DNA from: the human T2T-CHM13v2.0 reference genome, Homo sapiens
Length of the DNA stretch: 64,000 nt
Assembly (NCBI RefSeq): GCF_009914755.1
Contig: NC_060928.1
Direction: 5' to 3' (one strand)
Shown here: positions 15,100 to 28,923 of the stretch, one piece after another
How the letters are laid out: every line of letters starts with the position of its first letter
Numbering within the stretch: position 1 is the stretch's first letter
Program-made: the position numbers and the translations under genes
Notes under the pieces: generated by a model
Databases searched by the model: none
Told to the model about the DNA's origin: nothing
The model's input: the letters and a program-made list of their open reading frames with translations, nothing else

Positions 15100-16600
15100 A
15101 CGTCTCCGGGGAGCTGCGGCCAGACTTTGGGCACAGCAGGCAGTGCCTATGGGGAGAGAGACACCCTCCGGCCGGCCTCCCTCCACCCCCAGCCCCACGA
15201 CGGCAAATGGGCTCCTCCAAGGGTCTTCGGCGAGGTGTGCGGGCCTCTTCTGCCAAGGCCGTGTCATTGGGAGGTGGCCCAGTCAGGGTGGCAGGAAAAA
15301 GGACCAACGGGGCTCACCCGCAGGTCCCGATAGAGGGACCACTTCAGAGGCGGTTCAAGGAGCCGAGCCCCAGGGTGGGAGGCCTGGGACCAGCCCCCGG
15401 GGGACAGCGACGGCCCCAGGCCTGGAGGACCGGATGGAGCGGCTGGCGTGCCCTGCAGGGGGAGTGGGAAGAAACGGGGAAGCCGGGCCGCGGTAGCGCA
15501 GGCCGCAGGCAGGGCTGTGTGGGACAGGGCGGCTTGCACAGCTTAGCTTCTTCCTGGCCCGGGTGGGCTCCGTCCTCTTCTCTGGGCCAGCTGCGCCGGA
15601 GGCCCCGGGAAGAGTCCCCCTGCTCTGGCCCGCGGGACCTGCTCCCCAGCCTGGAAAGTCTGAGCTGGCCCCGCTGCCGGGACACCCTCCCCAGCCTCGC
15701 TGGTGGCCTGGTTTCTGCCGGGCGCGGGGGGAATGTGGGTCAGCGTTTCCAAGTCTGGCCCGGGGCCAGAGGCAGTGGAAGGAAAAACACTCAGCGGGGG
15801 CTGCCTGGCAGAGGCCTCACCTCACAGCCGGCGGTTCCAACCCCGCAGCCAGCAGAGGCCTCACCCCACAGCCGGCGGCTCCAACGCCACAGCCGGCGAC
15901 TCCAACCCCGCAGCCGGCGGCTCCAACCCCGCAGCCGGCGGCTCCAACCTCGCAGCCGGCGACTCCAACCCCGCAGCCGGCGGCCTCACCTCACAGCCGG
16001 CGGTTCCAACCCCGCAGCCGGCGGCTCCAACCCCGCAGCCGGCGGCTCCAACCCCGCAGCCGGCGGCCTCACCTCACAGCCGGCGGCTCCAACCCCGCAG
16101 CCGGCGGCTCCAACCCCGCAGCCGGCGGCTCCAACCCCGCAGCCGGCGGCCTCACCTCACAGCCGGCGGTTCCAACCCCACAGCCGGCGGTTCCAACCCC
16201 GCAGCCGGCGTCTCCAACCCCGCAGCCGGCGGTTCCAACCCCGCAGCCGGCGGCTCCAACCCCGCAGCCGGCGGCTCAGGGCTCAGGACCACAGGGAGGG
16301 CGCCCCAGGCAGCTCCTCCTCCTGGGCTCTGCCCCCACCGCCGTCCTCTGGAGATGGCCCGAGGCTGGTGCCCATGACTCAATGTCCCACTCCCGCATCT
16401 CCTGCGGTCCCAGGGCGGGTCCCGCTGGTGTGTGGCCGGCCTCGCAGGAACCACTTCGCTCTCCCCCATCCACTACTCCCACAGGCAACAGGACCAGCCC
16501 CCTGGCCCGTCGGTGGGCGCATCAGCTTGGTGGCCCTGGCCCCCTGCGCCTCAGGGGTCCCTCACAGGCCGGCCAGCTTCCAGCACCCTCCCTAAGTCCT
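15100..16600. promoter_or_regulatory. CpG island-like region
   Basis: Very high GC and CpG density by eye, partly contributed by the embedded VNTR. Confidence 0.6.
15810..16277 (+). repeat. CpG-rich VNTR, 21-bp unit CAGCCGGCGGCTCCAACCCCG with 20-bp variant CAGCCGGCGGCCTCACCTCA
   Basis: About 22 tandem units; 83-bp higher-order period. Confidence 0.95.
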
Positions 16601-16892
16601 CGGCCCCTTGGAGGCTGCCATGGCACCTGAACCTCCCCCCGCCTCTCCAGGCACAGCTCGAGGTTGGGCGGATGGGGGCTGCATCCCGGGCACCACATGT
16701 GGGTAGGCACTGCCGCAGCCCCTCGAGTAGCCCTCAGCAAGCAGGGCTGGAGGGTGGGCTCTGTGCAAAACCGCCATCACAGCCCCAGGGCCATCAGCAG
16801 GCAGAGGCGCAAAGCCTGGTCATGGCCAGCAGCCCTGGGATGCCCCTGCCCCAGACCCCCCACCCCGGAGACCCCCAGCCCCAGGATGCCCA

Positions 16893-17075
16893 CACCTCAG
16901 CCTCCCAAGTAGTTGGGACTACAGGTGTGCACTACCACACCCAGCTGATTTTTTTTTATTTTTGTAGAGCGGTCTCGCTGTGTTGCGCAGGCTGGTTTCG
17001 AACTCCTGGCTTCGAGCCATCCTCCTGCTCAGCCTCCCATGGTGCTGGGATTGCAGGCGTGAGCCCCACGCCTGG
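16893..17075 (-). mobile_element. Partial Alu (J-like)
   Basis: Reverse Alu consensus, truncated. Confidence 0.8.
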
Positions 17076-18399
17076 CCACGCGCCTTGTTGAGTTGGTGAC
17101 TTCGCCTTTGCTGTGGGGATCTGGGTTGGGGTCTTGTGGCTTACATGAGAATAGAAGATCATGGGGTAGTTCCTGGCACCCTCCCCTCAAGGAGGCTCAC
17201 ACAGGCCAGGACCGCCCCCTCTGGCTGCCCCATCGCTGCCCCCCGACAGGCCCTCTGCCTCTCCCCTGTGAACCACGAAGCACATCGATGGGGTGCCTAG
17301 CGCCCCGCCTCAGTCAGGGCTCATGGGGGAGGCCCTTCTTTAACGTCTCTTACTGGGCACACCCAGAGGCCACGTGTTCCAGGGTCAGAGAGACCAGGAG
17401 AAATCCCAGCTTCTTCACTCACGGCTGTGCATCTTCAAGAAGGTGACTGTGCCTCTCTGAGCCTCAGCCTCCTCTGTCTGACAGCATAGGGGTCTGCAAG
17501 TCTCTAGAGGTCATGTGAGCTCCATGGGAACCTCTCATCTATACCGTGGAAGCAGCTGCGGGAAGTGCACGTGAGCTCTGTGGCCTCATGCCGACCAAGA
17601 CCCTGGGGGTCACACCAGGCATAGCTGAGAAGCAGAGCAGAGGCCACTGCGGTGACCAGGGTTACTCCCGAGACTCAGAGCAGAGGCCACTGCAGTGACC
17701 AGGGTTGCTGCCTGCCTGCCACACACCCCACTTGGGCCTCTGGCTGTCTCCTCTCCTGCAGAAACCCCATGGGCAGGTGTGCAGCCAGCATGGAGGGAAG
17801 ATGTGTGTGCCAGCAGAGAGAGCACGAGGCCTGGAGTTCTCATCTGTGCCACCAGAAGCAGGGGACAGTGAAACGTCATCCATGACCACTAGGGAGACGG
17901 CTCCATCCCAGGCATCACAAACCAGCCCAGAAGTGTCACCGGTAAGCGCGACAGCAGACACTAGAAGGTATGTCATCCATACTCATTATCCAGAGAAGGT
18001 ACTAGAAGGAAGCCAGTCACTGCCTCTGAGTCAGACCAGAGGACACCCCCCTGACATCAAGGTGAGGCCAAGGGGAGAGGAAACAGGGCTAAGTAGGGCC
18101 TGTGATGTCAGCATGTCTGGTTGGGCATGTGGCAGGGACGATGACTGAGATAGAAGACATAAACCTCCATGGTCCAAACATGGGAGCTAAACTCGGAAAG
18201 CCAACAGGACGGGGACATGATGAGGGGACTTGAGGGTCACAGGAGCTCCCTCCGTGTCTCTCTCTCCATAATTAGGTCTAGTGGCAACAGAAAAATGCAG
18301 ACAGATCAATATGGATGGTCATGCTCACGTTCCTCATGGGAAACAGCGCTTCCGAAGATTCCTCACGGGAAACAGAGCTTCCAAACGTTCCGACTTCCA

Positions 18400-20700
<2,301 letters not shown>

Positions 20701-22731
20701 TTGGGGGTGAAGGTTAGGATGCTGTATGGAGCAGCTCCGGCCATGGGGAGCTCGACAGAGGCGTCATTTCTCTCCCACATGGTGGCTGAGAATAGCTGGG
20801 TGTGCTGCTCTGTCGCCACACATGGGGTCCCCCCATCACGCCTCTTCTCTAGCCTTCCAGGCATCTTTCCTGGCTGTGGGGTTCTACTGGGTGCAGAAAT
20901 GCCCACGTCCAGCTGGCAGGAGGGGCCGGGGCCAGGGCAGGAGAGGAGAGGCCATGTTTTCCAAGACCGGAGCTGGCAGGAACAGTGTCTCCAGGTGACA
21001 AAAGCCTCCGACAATTTGGCGAGAAAGGTGGGGGTGGGCATGAGAGGATGCAGGGCCCCCACCACTCAAGCAAGGAGAGCGGGGGGCAGAGCCACGGAGA
21101 AGACCCAGTCTGGAGCCTCTCCCCCCAGCCTGAAGCCCAGCCTCCAGGTTCCATGAAATCACCTCCAGTTATTCCAGGAGAAACGGCGCATGGCCTAGGA
21201 AAGAAAGAACAGGCAGCTTGGACCCAGGCTCCAATCCCGGCTGCTAGTTACCAGACGGGCAGCCACATCGCGTCTGTGTGCCTCAGTTTCTACACCTGCG
21301 GCTGGGTTGATGGTTGTGTCCGCCCGGTGGGGCTGCTGTGAGTTAAGGGGTGAGAAACGCTTCCCTGTCCACTGTCTCTGACACGTTCTTCCTGGGTCAC
21401 CCCTCACTCAACACCCCCAGAGACCAGGCAGGCTCCACGGACAGTTGAGAAGGCGTCCAGCCTGCAGAACGGAGTCCAGGACCCAGAGAAGCTTCAGGGG
21501 TGAGCAGGGTGGGTCGGGGCTGGGGAGTAAATGACAGAGGGAGCAAGTGGAGGGAGGAAGGGGCTTCAGGACAGGAGGTGCAGGCTAAGCGAGGATGGCT
21601 GAGCCGCCCTGGTGTCAGAGCAGGGGAGGCTCAGCGGGGGCGGGGGCGGGCTCAGCCTCTGCGCTTCTGCCTCCAGGATGTTATGGATCTGGCAGGGAAC
21701 GTGTAAACCATGAGCTCACCCCACGGGAACGTGGTTTCCTCTGGCTGCCCCCACAACAGCTGTTCCCCATCAGCACCGGCCCCATCTCCCTAGCAGGAAG
21801 CTGGGCAGCCACTGCAGGCCAGGTGTGGACGACCCTCACAACTCTCCCATCTGCGTGGACATCGCTGGACGGGGTGGTAAGGGGGAGGGGAGCAGCGAGG
21901 AGAGGGTGGGTGCAGCCCCCCACCCCTCTGGTCCCTGCCTTTGCTGTGAGCAAGTGGAGAAAGCCCAGCTCCTGGAGGTGGGGCCAAGCCTGCAGTGTCC
22001 TCAATGCCACCAACCAGGCCTGACCCTGACCACTGACTGAGCACCACGTGGTGCCTCTGCCCTGGATGTGGGCACCCCCGTGCCCTCCTGGCTCTGTTGC
22101 AGCAGACCTGTACGCCAGGGCCTTCTAGACGGTTCTGGCCCCTCCCGTGTGGACTGTTCCCACCATACCTGGTCTGGGCTGAGGCTTCCTGGCCCTTCCC
22201 CCTCCCACCCTGACGAGGTTGGCCTGGGGCGCCCATGGATGCACCCTGCCCACATGGCCCTCTGCGGTCACCCACAGCCAGCGGGACCCAGATTCCCTGC
22301 AGGCCAAATGCAGGTGCCCCAGTTCCTCCAGCCCCTCCCCCCGCAGTATGTGGGCAGTGACAAAGAGGGGGTGGGTCTGGCCCTGTGCCATGCTGGGGCC
22401 CCATGCCCGCCCTACCTGCCCTGAGTGTCCCGGCCGTGAGTCCCCAGCCCACTGGCTTCAGGCACTTCCAAGCCCCTTGCTCGCTTCCCTGAAGAGGCTG
22501 TGGGTTTCTCCAGGCCAGGCCTGTGGTCAGCAATGCAGGCAGGTGTTTGTGATCAGGGCATCTGTGCTATCAGGAACAGCCCCCAAACCACGCAGGGAGG
22601 GAGGAGGCCCTGAGAGAGAAGGTGCCGTTACATGCACGTGACCACAGAGAAGGCTGCCTTCACCCCGTCTGCACCCCGGGAGTGCCTGCCACACTGAGGT
22701 CCGCGCGCAGTTTCTGGTTTTCTGATGCTGA

Positions 22732-23029
22732 CTTTTTTTTTTTTTTGGAGACAGAGTCTTGCTCTGTCACCCAGGCTATAGTGCAGTGGCGTGATCTCGG
22801 CTCACTGCAAGCTCCGCCTCCTGGGTTCACGCCATCCTCCTGCCTCAGCCTCCTGAGTAGCTGGGATTACAGGCGCCGGTTGCCACGCCCGGCTAATTTT
22901 TTTGTATTTTTAGTAGAGACGGGGTTTCACTGTGTTAGTCAGGATGGTCTCGATCTCCTGACCTCGTGATCCAGCCACCTCAGCCTCCCAAAGTGCTGGG
23001 ATTACAGGCGTGAGCCACCTCGCCCAGCC
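22732..23029 (-). mobile_element. AluY-like
   Basis: Reverse consensus with tgttagtcaggatggtctcgatc. Confidence 0.9.
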
Positions 23030-23264
23030 GGTGCTGCCTTCTTGAGCCGTGGCCTCCACAGTGCTTCACCTGGCTCCCGCAAAACAGCTTCATTGAGATG
23101 AAATTCACATGCTCACAAGTCACTCTTTACAGTGTACAATTCAGTGGTTTTTAGCATGTTCACGAAGTTGTGCAACCATCCCCACTCATCTCACTCCGGA
23201 ACACGTTCATCATCCGCAGAAGACGTCCTGTGCCTGTTAGCAACCGCTCCCCGCCACGGTTTGA

Positions 23265-24389
23265 GTGAGGCCACAACAGAACATCAGACAGCAGTTTATC
23301 AACAGAGACTTCCTGCCTCCCCGTCTGGAGGCCAAGGTTGGGTTCTCCTCTTCCACGATGGCCCTTGCACGTCGCATCCTCACCGGCTGGAGGGTGGGTC
23401 TGCCCCACAAGCCCTTTTCATGGTGGCTTTAGTCACAAGGGCTCTGCCTCGTGAGTGGATCAAACACCTCCCATCAGTCCCCACCTCCCGGCACTCCACG
23501 GGGTCTAAGTTTCAGCCTGAGCTTTAGAGGACGGAAACGTTCCAACCACGGCACTGCACGCCAGGCCCAGTACTCACCGCTCTCACATACAAAATCGTAT
23601 GAGTCAGCATTCTCTAGAGGGACAGGACTCATAGGATACATGAACAGGGGATGATCTTGGACTCCCTGCCCACCTTCCAGACACATGGGGGCAGGGCTGG
23701 GCCCCCACGGCTTCTGTGGGCTCAGCCCACTCAGTGCTCATGGGTCGGAGTCTCCTGCCTGCCGCTCTCCCAGGCTGTGCTTGCTCGCTGGTGGCCCTGC
23801 AGTCCTGGGGTCTCGGAGGCAGCCCCCACCTCAGCTCCGGTGGGCATAGCCTCGGTGGGGACTCCGAGGCAGCTCCAACCCCACGATGAGCCTCTGCCTG
23901 GGCCCCAAGGCTGTCAGCAACATGCTTTGAAATCTGGGTGCAGGCCACCATCGCCTGCAGTGTCAGCGCCCCGTGGATGCCGTCAAGGCCCCCCGCATGT
24001 GCCTTTGGGAGCGATGGTTGGAGCTGCGCCTGCACCTGCCTGAGCCATGGCTGGGGCGGCCAAGGAGGGCTGGGCCAGGATCGGGGGAGACCCAGGCAGG
24101 CAGTGAGCTCTGCGGTCCCAAAGGTGCCCCAGGGTCTCATCCCTTGCCATGATTCTGTCCTCAGGGCCCTTATAAAAGGGCTAGAAGGAACTAGCTTGGC
24201 TGTTTTTCCTCCGAATTCTGCCATGTGAGGCTGGATACGCCATTGGAGCTGCCCTCAGCAGACCCCAGCCTGCCGGCACCTGGATCTTGGACTCCCCAGC
24301 TTGAGAACTACAGGAAATAAATTTCTGTTGCTTATAAATTACTCAGTCTGAGGTGTTTTGTTACAGCAGCGGGGATGGACTAAGACCCT

Positions 24390-24390
<1 letters not shown>
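23265..24390. mobile_element. Mosaic of ERVL/MaLR LTR and internal fragments (MLT/MST-like)
   Basis: MaLR LTR 3' end aataaatttctgttg...gactaagac at 24315-24387; MLT2-like ttctctagagggacag at 23610; family names from recalled consensus only. Confidence 0.6.
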
Positions 24391-25390
<1,000 letters not shown>

Positions 25391-27939
25391 ACTGGTTTTT
25401 CACTACCTTACCCTGGAGCCGATACACATCCTTTCTGCTCAGTCATTAGCCAGAAATGCAGAGAAATGCTACTGTGTGACCCCATGACCTCAGCCTGATG
25501 TGCAGGGGTCCCCAGAATATTAGACGGGCACTGACTGTCTGCAGGATACAGACCCGGGAGGGTGGCTTTGCACTGCTGATCTGAACACAGCCTCTCACTG
25601 ATTCAAAACGTCCTTTTGGCGTGTCTGTAATGCCTGCGTGTTCACCGTTCGCATTGTTACTGTGAGCGACCCACGCACCAGCTCCACACGGGGCTCCCTA
25701 GGTGCAGCCTCCGGTGTGTGTTAAAACCTGGTGGCCACGGTTCCCTTGTTCATCTTTTGTTCCAGAATTTCCTTAGTTTTCTTACTTATTTTTCCACGTT
25801 AACTTCACAATCAATCTACCTGATTCCAGGGTTCTCCGGTGTTTTAATTGGCCCCGCTGTGGCAGCCGGCCAGCACGAGGGACGGCACCTCGTGACGCCC
25901 AGGACAGACCGGGCTTGTTGCTGGTCTGTGGTCCTCAGTCAGGCCTCAGACCCTCTATAACAGGTATAGATGTGCCCGCCGTTTGCTCCTAGAAATTTAC
26001 AATTTTTGTTGCTGTTGGGAATGGTCCCTTTTCTTTCTTCATTGTCTCTCCTAACTGGAAGTGCTTGAATTTGAAAGATGCTGATTCCTGACTCTGAATT
26101 TTGTGCACAGCCACCCTCCGAAACTCACCTCTGCCTTCTAATCAGTTTTCCGGGTCTATGAGGAGTCGCAGCAGGCTGTGCTCGGGTGCAGAGCCTCTCT
26201 CCAGCCGTGTGCATGCAGCTCTTCCCGGGGCTCTTGGCTGTGAGGCCTGGCCTGTCCCTGTGGCTAAGGCGGAAGACCCAGCTGTCCCCTCCCTGTGCCC
26301 TCGCCACGCCCTCCCCGTAACGCTGACCAGACTTTGCACAGGGCAGGGCCCTGGGGGCACATGGACAGGAACTGGCTGTGGGTGGAGACAGCACCCGGCT
26401 GAGGTCCTGGGGAAGAGGCCATGCCCGGAGCTCCTGGACACAGGAGGTGGCGCTGGCTGAGGCCCGATGCCTGAACTGGGCATGGGGGGAGGCACCTTTG
26501 AGCTGGGGCCTCCTCGGAGCAGCTGCACCCAGGGGCAAACCCTGCCCCTCGGTTTCCATGTCCACATCTTTACTAGAACTGCAGCTGGCATCCGTGGAGC
26601 TGTGGGCTTTGTCCAGGGAGAGCCGTGCCCAGCACCTGGGGGACCCTGCAGAGGTGCTAAGGTTCAGGGTTAAAAACGAGGATCCTGGCCTCCCGCAATC
26701 CTGTCCCCAGAGGCCCCATCGGAGCCGCCTGGCCTTCCCTGCTGCCAGCCCAAGCATCCGAGGCTTTTGCCAGCAGTGCCTACGGCAGCCTTGGGGAGGG
26801 TGGGGGCCCAGGGAGGGGCATCATTTGGTGTTGATCAGGGGAGATGCTGGCGTCACCACGGCCCCAGGGCCTCCAGGCCCGCCCAGGCTCCCTCACTCAG
26901 ATGTCCCACCCACAAACACCTGACCAGGCCCCACCAGGGGCCCCTCTCACCCCTGAAGCTGTGCAGGCCCTCGGCTGACAAACTGGGACCCTCAGCTTGG
27001 ATGGGCAGAAAGGTCCAGGAGGGGCCTCTGAGACCTCCTCGCTCGGGCCTGGGGGTTGGGGCCGCAGGAAGCCATGCTCCGCCCGATGCCCACCCCTAGC
27101 TCCCCTGGCTGCCTCCTGGCCTCTGTCTCCCTCCAGGCCCCCAACCCTGACCAGGGAGTGGGGGGTTGGGGGCGGAGCTTTTGGGAGGAGGCCACGCCCA
27201 GCATTGGGTTTGCATTTCCAGGGAGGGCTTCTCCTGCCTGGTCTCCTCCCCTGGTACTGGGCTGGGGGCTGTCAGGGTGACCCTGCCCTACCCAAGGCTG
27301 ACCCGGGGCCATGAACAGGAGGATGCCCCCCTCCCTGCTCCTCATGTGTGCCCCCACGGGAGCCAGCGGGCAGCAGCTGGACCCCAGCAGCCTCTCAGGG
27401 CACCCAGGACTGGAGAGGGCCCTGCCAAGGGTCTGCGGGTGCCACTCACCCACCCGGCTGCAGCCCCCAGCTCCCCTGGGCTGACCGTGGGCCTAGGCCG
27501 AGCTGAAGGGGCTGGCGGTTGTCAGCCCTTGGTCTGGCCCCACCACTGCTCTGCCAGGGCAGGGGGAGGCCGGCAGCCCAGGTTGTGGGGCCAGAGGGCC
27601 ACGCTGTGACAGACGAGAAGAGGGAGTGACCTGGAGGGCCCGGGGCAGGGACCAACAGCAAATGCCTCCCTAGGTGGTCTCTCCAGGACAGATGTGTCCC
27701 CTGTGGGAGGGCTGGGGCGCCCAGCAAAAGCAGCAGCTCCTCAGGGAACGGGGACCCAGCGGGCTGAGTGGGGCTCTTGGAATAGAAGGAGCCTCCCCAG
27801 GCTCAGCTCTGCAGGCGGAGAGGGGAGGCAGGGCCTGAGGCTCATGGTAGGGAAGCGGCCTTGCCCTGTGAGGTCTCCCTCAGGGGGCAGAAGAGCCGGG
27901 ACCCCGCCAGCAGCAGAGAACAAACCCCAGTCTAAGGCG

Positions 27940-28360
27940 AACCCCAGGTGTGGGGTAGGTGTAAAAGCAGATGGCTTTGACCACGAGTGCACAGGTGAGG
28001 GGCAGACAGGTGTGAGCAGGTGTGAGCAGGTGAGGGGATAGGTGGGAGACACATGGAGGGTGGGAGGAGATAGGGACAGGAGAAGAGGCAGTGGGGGCAG
28101 GTGTGGGGCAGGTGTGGGGCAATTGGAGGTGGGTGGGGGTGGATGGTGTCATTTGGGAGTGGATGGGGTTAGGTGTGAGCAGGTGCAGGGCGGGTGGGGA
28201 GCACGGGGAGGAGGCTGGAGTTGGTGTGGGCAGGTGCAGGGCAGTGCCCGGGAGGCACTGTCAGGTGAATGTGGGGCTGGGCAGAGGCTGACCTGGGACG
28301 CCAGGGCTGCTGCTGAGAACCTGCTGTCTGGGCAGGCAGCCGGGCCCCGCCAGGTGTGAC
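27940..28360 (+). repeat. Purine-rich degenerate repeat built on CAGGTG
   Basis: 11 CAGGTG hexamers in about 410 bp. Confidence 0.7.
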
Positions 28361-28669
28361 TGCCCACTGCACAGAGGGGGTGGAGGCCGGAGGCCTAGAC
28401 GCCTGTAGGGGCTGGGAGGGATGTGGGTGAGTCCGGCTGCTCGACACCCTCCGTCCCACCAGTGTCCACAGCCCTGGCCCCGGCTGGCCCCGGCGTCCCC
28501 ACAGTGGGCACCCCCAGCTGGAGCCAGCTTGCATCAGGGACCTGGATAGTGAGTGGCGAGCCCTCCACAGTGGGATCCTACAGACACTGCTACCACTGAC
28601 CAACGGGGTCAGTAGCTGGTTTAAAAAAGAAAGGGCAGCAGAGAGGCCACCCAGAAGAGCCGCTGTTTC

Positions 28670-28923
28670 CATGTGCCGCGCTTACACATGCTCCAGAGGG
28701 TCCGGCTGCCTAACCATGCGCCGCGCTTACACATGCTCCAGAGGGTCCGGCTGCCTAACCATGCGCCGCGCTTACACATGCTCCAGAGGGTCCGGCTGCC
28801 TAACCATGCGCCGCGCTTACACATGCTCCAGAGGGTCCGGCTGCCTAACCATGCGCCGCGCTTACACATGCTCCAGAGGGTCCGGCTGCCTAACCATGCG
28901 CCGCGCTTACAGATGCACCTAAC
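28670..28923 (+). repeat. 45-bp VNTR, 5 full plus 1 partial near-identical copies
   Basis: Unit CATGCGCCGCGCTTACACATGCTCCAGAGGGTCCGGCTGCCTAAC at 28670, 28715, 28760, 28805, 28850, 28895. Confidence 0.97.

Noticed and set aside
14466-16595. 709-aa ORF and overlapping 200-450 aa ORFs on both strands
   Set aside because: They run through two stop-free GC-rich VNTRs, give low-complexity peptides in several frames at once, and have no recognisable domain
17633-17706. Two-copy local duplication (a similar one at 54401-54467)
   Set aside because: Ordinary short tandem duplications with no evident function
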